Source: an uncultured Schleiferiaceae bacterium | GTDB taxonomy: Bacteria > Bacteroidota > Bacteroidia > Flavobacteriales > Schleiferiaceae | Reading direction: 5' to 3' | NCBI GenBank assembly: GCA_965655695.1 | Contig: CBFHHO010000008.1 | Span: 5,045 to 69,044 of the forward strand | Length of the DNA stretch: 64,000 bases | Part shown: positions 29,310 through 38,395 of the stretch, piece by piece | Layout: each line of letters starts with the position of its first letter | Position numbering within the stretch: the first letter of the stretch is position 1 | Made by a program: the position numbers and the translations under genes | Notes under the pieces: model-generated | The model's input: only the letters and a program-made list of their open reading frames with translations | Database searches by the model: none | Told to the model about the DNA's origin: nothing

Positions 29310-30659
29310 ATGGGCTACCGATGGAGTACCTACAGCGAACAGTATAAGATTAGTCTTACCCTCGCTTATCCCGTGATGATCGGCCAGCTCGGTCAAATCA
29401 TGGTCAGTGTTGCCGATTCTATTATGGTCGGTAAATTCCTCGGTACCATTCCTCTCGCCGCAATTTCCTTAGCGGTCAGCGTTCTGATCATCCCTATGGT
29501 ATTCGCGATCGGTGTAGCCTACGGCCTTACGCCACTGATTGCAGGTGCGGATGGTGCGGACGATGAAAAATTGGTCACGAAATACTTTAAAAATGGCCTT
29601 GTACTGAACAGCGTATTAGGGTTGCTCATCTATGGAGCGATCGCCCTGTTTGCTAAAGGTGCGCACTTATTAGGACAAGACCCGCGCGTGGTTGAAGCCT
29701 CCCTTCCCTACATTCATGTTGTCGGATTTTCGATCATACCGATGATGTCCTTTTTCGCGTTTAAGCAATTCGCCGAAGGTCTCAGCGATACGAAAGCTGC
29801 AATGCGAGTGTCTTTAGCGGCGAATCTGCTGAATATCATTTTGAATTATCCGCTAATCACCGGCTGGGGACCCTTCCCTGAGCTTGGACTGATGGGTGCG
29901 GCTGTAAGTACTTTAAGTACACGATTCTTAATGCTTGGTGGAATGGCATGGTACATCCGGAAGCAAGCGAAATTCCAACGCTACTGGCAGCATTGGCGTT
30001 CAGTACAGGTAGACTGGTCGACCATCCGTGAAATATTAAGTATCGGAGTGCCGAGCGGTTTGCAATACGTGTTCGAAGCAGGAGCATTTGCCATGAGCGG
30101 AGTAATCGTAGGAATGATCGGCCCAGTGCAACAAGCAGCGCATCAGATCGCCTTGAACATCGCATCGATCAGCTACATGATGGTTGGTGGAATAGGTGCA
30201 GCAGCTACGATCCGCATTGGGAATCAGCTCGGAAGAAGAGACTTCAAACTACTCCGATTAGCTGCACAAAGTACGTTCCATCTTACGTTCTTTTTAATGG
30301 TACTCACCATGGGGCTTCTGATCGCATGTAGTGGCTTTCTACCTCAATTTTACAGTTCTGATCCTGAGGTATTGGGCTATACTACGATTCTAATCATCGC
30401 AGCGGGCATCTTTCAAATTCCGGACGGTCTTCAAGCTACAGCACTTGGTGCCTTGCGAGGAATCAAAGACGTTAGGCTCCCCACGATCATCGCTTTTTTC
30501 AGCTACTGGGTGATCGCAGTACCACTCGGATACTACCTCGGGGTGTATCGCGAAGTAGGACCTTTAGGCGTATGGATCGGATTAACGGTCGGACTAGTCC
30601 TTGCCTCGATAGCCTTGTACTATAGATTCCAAAACAGAACGCACCGCCTCGAGGATTAA
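29310..30659 (+). CDS. MATE family efflux transporter
   Basis: 449 aa with about 12 TM helices and typical MATE N- and C-lobe repeat sequence (PVMIGQLGQIMVSVADSIMVG...). Confidence 0.9.
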   Translation: MGYRWSTYSEQYKISLTLAYPVMIGQLGQIMVSVADSIMVGKFLGTIPLAAISLAVSVLIIPMVFAIGVAYGLTPLIAGADGADDEKLVTKYFKNGLVLNSVLGLLIYGAIALFAKGAHLLGQDPRVVEASLPYIHVVGFSIIPMMSFFAFKQFAEGLSDTKAAMRVSLAANLLNIILNYPLITGWGPFPELGLMGAAVSTLSTRFLMLGGMAWYIRKQAKFQRYWQHWRSVQVDWSTIREILSIGVPSGLQYVFEAGAFAMSGVIVGMIGPVQQAAHQIALNIASISYMMVGGIGAAATIRIGNQLGRRDFKLLRLAAQSTFHLTFFLMVLTMGLLIACSGFLPQFYSSDPEVLGYTTILIIAAGIFQIPDGLQATALGALRGIKDVRLPTIIAFFSYWVIAVPLGYYLGVYREVGPLGVWIGLTVGLVLASIALYYRFQNRTHRLED

Positions 30660-30704
30660 CCTCCCCGAAACAGTGCGTTTTAGATGATATTGACGTTTTT
30701 GGAA

Positions 30705-32732
30705 TTAGCCCGCGATTCCTGCGCGGCGCAACAAGGCGTCTACCTTCGGCGCGCGGCCTCTAAATTTCTCGAACAAAACGTCCGGAGCAACGGTACCACC
30801 ACTACTCAAGATCTCGGCAAAGTCGTTTGCAACACCCTCAGAAAATATCCCTTCTTCTTCAAAGCGCTCGAACGCATCTGCATCTAAGACCTCAGCCCAT
30901 TTGTAGCTGTAATATCCTGCGCTGTAGCCGCCTTGGAAAATATGGCTGAATGCTGTGGAGGACAACGTTCCAGATACTTTTTCAAAGAGCTGAGTTTCTT
31001 CCGTAGCACTCGCTTCAAAACTCGAAACGCCTCCTTTAAATGGTTCAGTGGCATGGTGCCAAGCCATATCCAGGAATCCAAAATTTAGCTGACGGAGAGT
31101 GGCATAACCTTCCATGAATTGCTGGCTTTGTACGATTCGATCGATGTGCGCTGCCGGCAACACTTCACCTGTTTTATAGTGATGCGCAAAGAGCTTGAGG
31201 GCTTCGGGTTGATAGCACCAGTTCTCCATAATCTGAGAAGGCAATTCTACAAAATCCCAATACACACTAGTACCTGTCAACGAAGGATAGGTGCCACGGG
31301 CCATCATGCCATGAAGCGCATGTCCGAACTCATGGAATAAAGTGGTTACCTCGTTAAAGGTCAATAGCGCCGGCTCAGAGGATGTCGGTTTTGTGAAATT
31401 ACAAACAATGCTAATGTGTGGACGTACTGAAACGCCGTCCTTGCGGTACATGCTACGGTAGCTGGTCATCCAAGCACCAGCGCGCTTGCCTGATCTTGGG
31501 AAAAAGTCCGTGTAGAATACGCTCAGGAAATCGCCGTTGTTATCAAACACCTCGTAGGCGGTAACGTCTGAATGGTAGGTGGCAATTTCATCGTTCTTCA
31601 CAAAGCGCAGGCCGAACAAGCGACCAGCTACTTCAAAGGCACCATGTAGCACGTTATTAAGTTCGAAGTAGGGCTTCAATACGGCGTCATCTAAAGACAA
31701 GGTTGCTTTTTTCAAGCGCTCTGACCAAAAACTGAAATCCCAAGGCTGCAACGGCAAAGTTGCTCCGTTTGTGCTCGCATACTCCTCCACAGAAGCTAAA
31801 TCTTTTTGAGCCGCAGGCTTGGCCAATTTTTTCAAATCTTCCAAGAACGATAGAACGGTTTGCGGTGTGCCCGCCATACGCTTGCTCAAGGTCAATGCTG
31901 CGTGAGACTCAAATCCCAACAGTTTTGCCTTTGCCAAGCGCTGATTCACCAAGGTGGCAATAACCTCTTCATTATTGTGTTCGTTGTCCTTAGCACCACG
32001 GGAAGCATAAGCGCGGTAATAGTGCTCACGCAATGTGCGTTGTTCCGCATACTTCAAGACACTGATATAGGTAGGCATATCTAGTCCCATCCAATAACCT
32101 TCTAGACCTTTCTCTTTGGCAGCTTCGGCTGCTGCTGCAATCACCCCTTCTGGCAACCCCTGTAGTTCTGCTACGTCGGTCGTTGTGTATTCAAAAGATT
32201 GGGTTTCTTTCAAGACGTTCTCACCGAACCGCAATCCGGCGCGAGAAAGGGTCTCGCTAATGGTTTGTAGTGCCACGCGGTCCTCGCCTTGAAGAAGTGC
32301 ACCATTGCGTACAAAGCCTTCATAGGTTTCCTTTAACAATCGCTGCTGCTCCGCAGTAAGTGTTTCTGTATCGCGCTGTTCCCAAACCGCTTTAATGCGC
32401 AAGAACAGTCCTTCATTCAATAAGGTCTCATTGCTAAACTTCGTCAACATCGGACTCAGCTCACGGGCAATGCTTTGAATCTCTTCATTGGTTTCTGCAC
32501 TGTTCAAGTTGAAAAAGCAGCTGGTAACCATTCCTAGCTCAGTCCCACAAAACTCCAAAGCTTCTAATGTATTTTCAAACGTAGGCTTCGCGGGGTTCGA
32601 TACAATGGCATCTTGACGCTCTCGAGCAATCTTCATCCAGTGGGTTGCTGCCTGCATAAAATGCTCTGGTACTATCTGGTCAAAAGCAAGCGTTTGGTGC
32701 ACACTCTGAGGGAAATCTATAAGTGGATTCAT
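30705..32732 (-). CDS. dcp: M3-family zinc metallopeptidase (peptidyl-dipeptidase Dcp / oligopeptidase A-like)
   Basis: HEFGHALH zinc motif within thimet-oligopeptidase-like sequence. The ORF track starts at a TTG at 32765. I prefer the ATG at 32732 (MNPLIDFPQSV...), giving 675 aa. Confidence 0.88.
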   Translation of the reverse strand: MNPLIDFPQSVHQTLAFDQIVPEHFMQAATHWMKIARERQDAIVSNPAKPTFENTLEALEFCGTELGMVTSCFFNLNSAETNEEIQSIARELSPMLTKFSNETLLNEGLFLRIKAVWEQRDTETLTAEQQRLLKETYEGFVRNGALLQGEDRVALQTISETLSRAGLRFGENVLKETQSFEYTTTDVAELQGLPEGVIAAAAEAAKEKGLEGYWMGLDMPTYISVLKYAEQRTLREHYYRAYASRGAKDNEHNNEEVIATLVNQRLAKAKLLGFESHAALTLSKRMAGTPQTVLSFLEDLKKLAKPAAQKDLASVEEYASTNGATLPLQPWDFSFWSERLKKATLSLDDAVLKPYFELNNVLHGAFEVAGRLFGLRFVKNDEIATYHSDVTAYEVFDNNGDFLSVFYTDFFPRSGKRAGAWMTSYRSMYRKDGVSVRPHISIVCNFTKPTSSEPALLTFNEVTTLFHEFGHALHGMMARGTYPSLTGTSVYWDFVELPSQIMENWCYQPEALKLFAHHYKTGEVLPAAHIDRIVQSQQFMEGYATLRQLNFGFLDMAWHHATEPFKGGVSSFEASATEETQLFEKVSGTLSSTAFSHIFQGGYSAGYYSYKWAEVLDADAFERFEEEGIFSEGVANDFAEILSSGGTVAPDVLFEKFRGRAPKVDALLRRAGIAG

Positions 32733-32762
32733 CGATCTGGAGTTAGTATATAGTATAGATAT

Positions 32763-32797
32763 CAAAGATACATTATGCTGCGCTTCGCATATCTTTG
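32763..32797. promoter_or_regulatory. 8-bp inverted repeat CAAAGATA-N19-TATCTTTG; each arm is a TAtcTTTG -7-type box facing one of the divergent genes (dcp, copA)
   Basis: Read directly. The right arm (32790-32797) ends 5 nt before the copA ATG at 32803. The left arm (32763-32770) read on the minus strand is TATCTTTG, 30 nt before the dcp ATG. Confidence 0.45.
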
Positions 32798-32802
32798 TAG
32801 GT

Positions 32803-34926
32803 ATGGGAAAATCAAAAGTGAATTGGTCAATTCAAGGCATGACGTGCAGCGGTTGTGCACACAGCGCGCATACTATTGCAGCTGGGCATGACGGGATTCA
32901 ACAGGTCAGTGTACGTTACGCGAACGGGACCATGTCCGCGCAGGTTGACCCCGAGGTTTTAGATCTTCCCGCGCTGATCGCAGACATGAAAAGTGCCGGG
33001 TACGAACTTGAGACCGACTATGTCTCTCCTGCTGAAAAGATAGCGCGTGAAAAACGAGAATTGCGCCGCTCGAAAACCGAGTTACTCTTCGCGGGCCTTT
33101 TCGCATTGCCACTACTGTTGATCGGTATGGCGCATCTGCACTACTGGTGGAGTCCTGTTGCAACGGGGCTGCTCGCAATGATCGTCTCCTTTTATTTTGG
33201 CCGTAACATCCACAGTAAGGCTTGGAAATTGGCCAAGAAATGGAGTACGAATATGGACACCTTGGTCAGTCTAGGATCCTTGAGTGCGTTTTTATTAAGT
33301 ATAGTACAACTCCTCAATGGACATCCACATAACAACTACTTCGAGAGTGCGGGACTCATTGTCTTTTTCATTCTGATTGGAAAATACGTGGAGGATCGCG
33401 GGAAGCTACAGAACGGCAAGGCACTTGGTGAACTACTCGCGCTTCAGCCTCAAACCGCCTTCAAGCAAGTGAATGGCTCACTAGTTGAAGTACATGTCAC
33501 AACCTTAGAAGAAGGCGACCATATTGTCGTGAAAGCCGGTGAGCGTGTTCCAGTAGATGGGACGGTGATCGAGGGTTTCTCTACGATTGACGAAAGTACG
33601 TTTACTGGAGAGCCCATGCCGCTGAATAAGCAGGAAAATGACCCTGTATGGGCCGGAACCCTGAACGGCTCCGGTGCACTAACTGTCGTAGTTACAAAGG
33701 CTGGAGGGGCCACCGCGCTGGGCAAGCTCACAGAAACTATTGCAGAAAGTCGTGCAACTGTAGCGCCGATAGAGGCTTTCACGCAAACTGTTTCAAAATA
33801 TTTTGTCCCGACCATTATACTTCTCAGCGCCGTGGTCGGTGGATGGTGGCTAAGTTTAGGGGAACCCAAAGCTTTCTTGTTTGCCATTAATGTTCTGGTG
33901 ATCGCATGTCCTTGCGCATTAGGGTTAGCGACACCACTTGCCGTGATTGCCGCTACCGGAGTCGGTGCAAAAAATGGGCTATTGGTCAAAAAGGCTGCAG
34001 CGCTGCAATATGCCGATAAGATAGATTTCGCCCTGCTGGATAAGACCGGAACACTCACCCAGGGCAAGCCTGTGGTGAAGGGTTTGAGTTGGCAAGGGGA
34101 GCGACTTCCTGAAGTGTTGATGGGTTTAAATGCAAAAGGCAGTCACCCACTCAATAGTGCGCTTGAACGTCACACCGGTGAAGGGCCACAAGCGAACGTC
34201 AAAAGATTCAAAGCCCTACCGGGAAAAGGCATCCAAGGAAAGATCGACGGAACGCTCTACTATCTAGGGTCTATCGAATGGTACAAAGAGATCACTGCAG
34301 GAGAGTGGCCTATCCCGACACAAACCACCTCCTTACTCTTTACCGAAAAAGGAGTGATTGCGAGCATTACATTTGAAGATGTACTCCGACCGGAGTCAAA
34401 GACCTTGATTGATGGACTCAAAAAAAGAGGCGTACAGCCCATCATCCTTTCTGGAGATGCTGAGGCTGCCGTAGCGAAAGTAGCCTATGAACTTGGGATT
34501 CGTGAATACCACAGCCATTTGATGCCGCTTGAAAAAGATGCGCTCGTCAAGCAATACAGCGACCAAGGGGTGACCTTGTTTATCGGAGATGGGATCAATG
34601 ACACCGTCGCACTGCAGCGTGCCGCAGTCGGAGTGAGTATGTCTGAGGGTACTTCCGCCGCACAGGAAAATTCAGATGTTGTACTTACCAGAGGTGGACT
34701 CGGCCAGCTTGAAGACTACTTTAAACTTGGACGCGCTACCATGTTTACGATCAAGGGAAATCTTTGGTGGGCATTCGGCTATAACATACTCGCGATTCCC
34801 TTGGCTGCGGGTTTGCTCTACCCTACTTTTGGAATAAGCCTCACGCCTATGATGGCCAGTATCGCTATGAGCGTAAGTTCGCTGGGGGTAGTTTTTAATT
34901 CTGTACGACTAAAAAATAGATGGTAA
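32803..34926 (+). CDS. copA: copper-translocating P1B-type ATPase
   Basis: 707 aa with an N-terminal HMA domain (GMTCSGC), a CPC transmembrane motif (ACPCALGLATP), the DKTGTLT phosphorylation site, GDGINDT, and the Cu-specific YN(x4)P and MSVSS motifs. Confidence 0.93.
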   Translation: MGKSKVNWSIQGMTCSGCAHSAHTIAAGHDGIQQVSVRYANGTMSAQVDPEVLDLPALIADMKSAGYELETDYVSPAEKIAREKRELRRSKTELLFAGLFALPLLLIGMAHLHYWWSPVATGLLAMIVSFYFGRNIHSKAWKLAKKWSTNMDTLVSLGSLSAFLLSIVQLLNGHPHNNYFESAGLIVFFILIGKYVEDRGKLQNGKALGELLALQPQTAFKQVNGSLVEVHVTTLEEGDHIVVKAGERVPVDGTVIEGFSTIDESTFTGEPMPLNKQENDPVWAGTLNGSGALTVVVTKAGGATALGKLTETIAESRATVAPIEAFTQTVSKYFVPTIILLSAVVGGWWLSLGEPKAFLFAINVLVIACPCALGLATPLAVIAATGVGAKNGLLVKKAAALQYADKIDFALLDKTGTLTQGKPVVKGLSWQGERLPEVLMGLNAKGSHPLNSALERHTGEGPQANVKRFKALPGKGIQGKIDGTLYYLGSIEWYKEITAGEWPIPTQTTSLLFTEKGVIASITFEDVLRPESKTLIDGLKKRGVQPIILSGDAEAAVAKVAYELGIREYHSHLMPLEKDALVKQYSDQGVTLFIGDGINDTVALQRAAVGVSMSEGTSAAQENSDVVLTRGGLGQLEDYFKLGRATMFTIKGNLWWAFGYNILAIPLAAGLLYPTFGISLTPMMASIAMSVSSLGVVFNSVRLKNRW

Positions 34927-34927
34927 G

Positions 34928-35119
34928 ATGACAATAGATAGTAAAATAAATTGCGGAGGATGCATCGCGAAAGTTCAAGGAGATTTGGATGCGTTGTGCG
35001 GTTCTGGGAATTGGTCGGTGGATACCACCCAACCCAACAAGCCTCTCACCTTTGACAATGAGATTGACGTAGATGATGTCCTCGATGTGTTGGAGAAATT
35101 TAATATGACCGTGGAGTAA
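34928..35119 (+). CDS. heavy-metal-associated (HMA) domain protein, CopZ-like metallochaperone
   Basis: 63 aa with a CGGC metal-binding motif near the N-terminus (KINCGGCIAKV). It starts 1 nt after the copA stop. Confidence 0.65.
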   Translation: MTIDSKINCGGCIAKVQGDLDALCGSGNWSVDTTQPNKPLTFDNEIDVDDVLDVLEKFNMTVE

Positions 35120-36183
35120 TGAACATCGGCCTACTCGCGCGCAAAACACTCTTTTCTCAACCGGGAGGGGATTCGGTTCAAGTGGTACATACCGCAGAAG
35201 CCTTGCAGCGCTTTGGCCATAGAACATTCATCATAAAAGCTGGCGATCCGCTGCCTGAGGAACTGGATCTTTTGCACTTCTTCAACATAGGCAGACCGGC
35301 AGACGCCTTGCCATATTTCGAGCGATTTAAGGGACAAAAGGTGATAAGCACGGTGTATGTGGAGTATGCAACCGCCGACCGTCAGCGTTTTCCGTTTTTG
35401 TTTTCCTTGTTCGGCGAGCACGGTATGGAATACATCAAAACGATAGCCCGCGCGCGGAATAAGACCGATCGATGGCCGGAGCTCAGCTACCTGCTCAAGG
35501 GGCAGCGTAAAAGCATGATGTACCTATTGAATCATTGCGATAGAATCATCACTTCTTCGATGAGCGAGTTACAGCGCATGAGCACTTGGGCAAAACTTCC
35601 AGGCAAATCTTTACGTGATCGTCACCGTCTAGTGCCCCTGGGTATCGACTCAGATTTTATTCATACGCCACAGGATACAGCGGAACGTAAAGGACTTCTT
35701 ATGGTCGGGCGTTTGGAGTATCTAAAAAACCAATTATCTGTTATCCAGTGGGCGAAACAAATGGACTGGCCCCTCACGGTAGTCGGCGATAAAAACATCA
35801 ATCAAGAGGAGTATTACGAGCGTTGCCTTGCTGAGGCCGGCCCTCTTACGAAATTCCTACCGTTTCAAAACACTACGGACATCGTCCGATTGATGGACCA
35901 GCACAAAGTATTTATCGTACCCTCACTTTTTGAATCATACTCGCTTGTCGCGTGGGAAGCCGCTGCGCGTGGTATGGCTGTGGTTGCAAACCGGGTAGCA
36001 GACATGTCTGAAACGCTGGCCCCTGTGGCCGAGTTTACAGACTTTAAGGTCCCACATGTTGCTCAAAGCGTTATAGAATTTGAGCTAGCTCAGGAAAAAC
36101 CGCGCACAAAAAAATCCCAAGCATGGTTCGAAAACTATACTTGGGATGAAATAGGTCAAAAGATTGACGAGGCCTACCGTTAA
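35119..36183 (+). CDS. glycosyltransferase, GT-B fold (family 4-like)
   Basis: 354 aa with a C-terminal EX7E-like region (PSLFESYSLVAWEAAARGMAVV). The start overlaps the HMA gene stop (TAATG). Confidence 0.8.
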   Translation: MNIGLLARKTLFSQPGGDSVQVVHTAEALQRFGHRTFIIKAGDPLPEELDLLHFFNIGRPADALPYFERFKGQKVISTVYVEYATADRQRFPFLFSLFGEHGMEYIKTIARARNKTDRWPELSYLLKGQRKSMMYLLNHCDRIITSSMSELQRMSTWAKLPGKSLRDRHRLVPLGIDSDFIHTPQDTAERKGLLMVGRLEYLKNQLSVIQWAKQMDWPLTVVGDKNINQEEYYERCLAEAGPLTKFLPFQNTTDIVRLMDQHKVFIVPSLFESYSLVAWEAAARGMAVVANRVADMSETLAPVAEFTDFKVPHVAQSVIEFELAQEKPRTKKSQAWFENYTWDEIGQKIDEAYR

Positions 36184-36209
36184 GGAAACAACGTCAAAGG
36201 AATGCCGGT

Positions 36210-36761
36210 TTATCGGGCCTGCTCCATCTCTTTTTCAAACGTCTCTTTAAACTTCTCATAGTTGTAGTCTACCATGATCTTGTCGTTTTTACTGAGCGCT
36301 TTGTAGTAGTCTTTTACGATTTTTTCACCGTCCAATTCCAACGCGATATAGTATTTGAATTTACTGGTCGCAGCAACCTGAGTCACTCGATCACAAGCTA
36401 CAACGACACCACTTAGACGCTGGTCGATGACCGTTCTTGAGTTTTCTTCAAAGCGCTCCAGTACCTCTTCAACATTGTTCACTTCGATACTCTTCACGTA
36501 GTTGTCCGCAACCACTTTCATAGTGCTTTGAACCATCCCAGCAAGCTCAGTTTTCGCATTGCTCAGGGCCTTTTTCTTTGCAACATTCATATCAGCGCTT
36601 TCGCCAAAACTGTATACACGGAAGGTCTTTTTATCGCTCTTGAATTCAGAACATGGAAGTACCATTTCGGTCTCCCCTTTCGGCACTTTGGTTTTAGAAC
36701 CACAGCTCACAAGCGCTAAACTCGATGCTAGGACTGCGGCAAATAGGAATCTTGCTTTCAT
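36210..36761 (-). CDS. LPP20-like lipoprotein (function unknown)
   Basis: 183 aa with a lipobox (LALVSCGS). The central segment ADMNVAKKKALSNAKTELAGMVQSTMKVV resembles the LPP20 lipoprotein family pattern. This family assignment is inference. Confidence 0.6.
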   Translation of the reverse strand: MKARFLFAAVLASSLALVSCGSKTKVPKGETEMVLPCSEFKSDKKTFRVYSFGESADMNVAKKKALSNAKTELAGMVQSTMKVVADNYVKSIEVNNVEEVLERFEENSRTVIDQRLSGVVVACDRVTQVAATSKFKYYIALELDGEKIVKDYYKALSKNDKIMVDYNYEKFKETFEKEMEQAR

Positions 36762-36821
36762 AGTTTGTAGGTGTTAATTAGGTTGAGTTAGGTAAGGTAC
36801 GGATCCACTCGAAAGATTATA

Positions 36822-36837
36822 TCCAAAGGCCGTGCCA
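36822..36837 (-). promoter_or_regulatory. sigma-54-type -24/-12-like element TGGCACG-gcct-TTGGA upstream of the LPP20-like lipoprotein gene
   Basis: The minus strand reads TGGCACGGCCTTTGGA. The GG to G(-13) spacing is correct, and the -12 C is replaced by G. It lies about 60 nt upstream of the ATG at 36761. The core GGCACGGCYTTTG is shared with the site at 56118-56130. Confidence 0.4.
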
Positions 36838-36842
36838 AATTC

Positions 36843-37331
36843 CTACCATTTACCCTTATCTGCTAATTTTTCGCGCTCCAATTCGAGGAAATCCATCGCT
36901 TTACGAACCTGCTTGTCGACATCCTTGATGCGGTGTAACGTGTGACATAGCGTGCGTTTGCGGCCGTCTGAAAGCTTATTCCAAACACGTTCAATGATTT
37001 CATCCTGTGCGATCAACTCCACAAGAACTTCCGGCAACTCGACCCCGAGCTGATTGGGGTCCTCGTACACCACAACGGAGATCGGTTGTCCCAACTCGTA
37101 GGTATGTCCTTCCAAGCGGCCACGACCAATCATCGAAAAATAGCGTCCATCGCCGTTCGACTGCAAACCGCACTGAAGTTCTAATACATCATCAATACGC
37201 AAAATGACACGGGTCTTTCGTCCTTTCGGAAAACGATCCACCACTTTGGCATCATAAAATACACAACGATAGCCGCCCTTGATCGGGTCGAGCATTTCCA
37301 TCACGGTATCAAACCGGTACAATTCTTTCAT
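36843..37331 (-). CDS. YdeI/OmpD-associated family protein (DUF1905 + YdeI-type C-terminal domain)
   Basis: About 162 aa from the ATG at 37331 (the ORF track uses a TTG at 37340). It has a DUF1905-like beta region (TRVILRIDDVLELQCGLQSNGDGRYF) and a C-terminal helical part (LSDGRKRTLCHTLHRIKDVDKQVRK). Confidence 0.65.
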   Translation of the reverse strand: MKELYRFDTVMEMLDPIKGGYRCVFYDAKVVDRFPKGRKTRVILRIDDVLELQCGLQSNGDGRYFSMIGRGRLEGHTYELGQPISVVVYEDPNQLGVELPEVLVELIAQDEIIERVWNKLSDGRKRTLCHTLHRIKDVDKQVRKAMDFLELEREKLADKGKW

Positions 37332-37333
37332 CA

Positions 37334-38395
37334 CTACCAAGGATTTGAAAACGCTGTATCCGTGAGAAAAATTGGATCAGAAAACGTCTTCATAAAGTCG
37401 ATCAATCCCTGCTTTTGAGCCACGGACCAATTTCGACCGACACCAGCCGCCTTCATATTAGGATCGATGGTCGGGCTGGGGTGACCACCTTCATTATAAA
37501 ACTCCACTACCTCAGCAAGGGTCTGAAAACGACCATCGTGCATGTAAGGGAAACTGTATTCCACATTGCGCAAGCTCGGCACCTTGAATTTGGCACGATC
37601 ACTGGCTAAACCGGTCACTCTTTCACGACCTGAATTTACTTCGTGCACACTATCTAAACCATTATTAGAGAATTGCAATAAGCCAAAAGCACCCATCTGG
37701 TACCCCGTGGTGGCTAAACCGTGGCAATGAAAACAATCGCCTTGTTCGTTATTGAAAATATCAAAACCTATTTGCTCGCTTGGCGTAAATGTATAAGTGC
37801 CCTGAACATACTGATCGAGTTTAGAAGATCCACTCACCATCGTACGAACAAACTGCGCTAAGGCCTTTGCCGTGCGCTCCTCCGTAATTTCATCATCTCC
37901 AAAAGCATCAGTAAACATCTCCAAATACCTCGGGTCTTGTGCCAATTTCTCCAAAACATCCGGCCAGTTTGCGTGCATTTCGATCGGGTTAACGATAGGA
38001 TCCTTGACCTGCTCCTCCAAGGTGGTCATGCGACCGTCCCAGAAGAAAAATTGCTGCCAAGCCATATTCGACAAGACCATGGCGTTGATATCACCGCTAA
38101 TCCCATCGATACCGATAGAAAAGCGCATGGGCTCAGCAAAATTGGACTCTTGAAAATGACAACTTCCACAATTCTGCGAGTTGTCGCCACTGAGCCGATC
38201 TTCATAAAACAAATGACGCCCTAAACGTACCCCTTCTTCGGTGAGTGGGTTGGACGCTGGAAGATCAGGTGTTGGAAAATGCGACGGATAGTCAAGGGTT
38301 AGTGGCGTAGGTTCTTGCACAGGTTCATCTGGTCCACAGCTTACCGCCATAGACACAAATGCTCCTAATACTATGATCCACTTACGACTGTTCAC
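37334..38395 (-). CDS. di-heme cytochrome c peroxidase family lipoprotein (CCP/MauG-like)
   Basis: 353 aa with two CxxCH heme motifs (CGSCH, CFHCH) and a signal/lipobox (SMAVSCG). The start codon is GTG at 38395 and overlaps the rluD 3' end by 14 nt. Confidence 0.88.
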   Translation of the reverse strand: MNSRKWIIVLGAFVSMAVSCGPDEPVQEPTPLTLDYPSHFPTPDLPASNPLTEEGVRLGRHLFYEDRLSGDNSQNCGSCHFQESNFAEPMRFSIGIDGISGDINAMVLSNMAWQQFFFWDGRMTTLEEQVKDPIVNPIEMHANWPDVLEKLAQDPRYLEMFTDAFGDDEITEERTAKALAQFVRTMVSGSSKLDQYVQGTYTFTPSEQIGFDIFNNEQGDCFHCHGLATTGYQMGAFGLLQFSNNGLDSVHEVNSGRERVTGLASDRAKFKVPSLRNVEYSFPYMHDGRFQTLAEVVEFYNEGGHPSPTIDPNMKAAGVGRNWSVAQKQGLIDFMKTFSDPIFLTDTAFSNPW

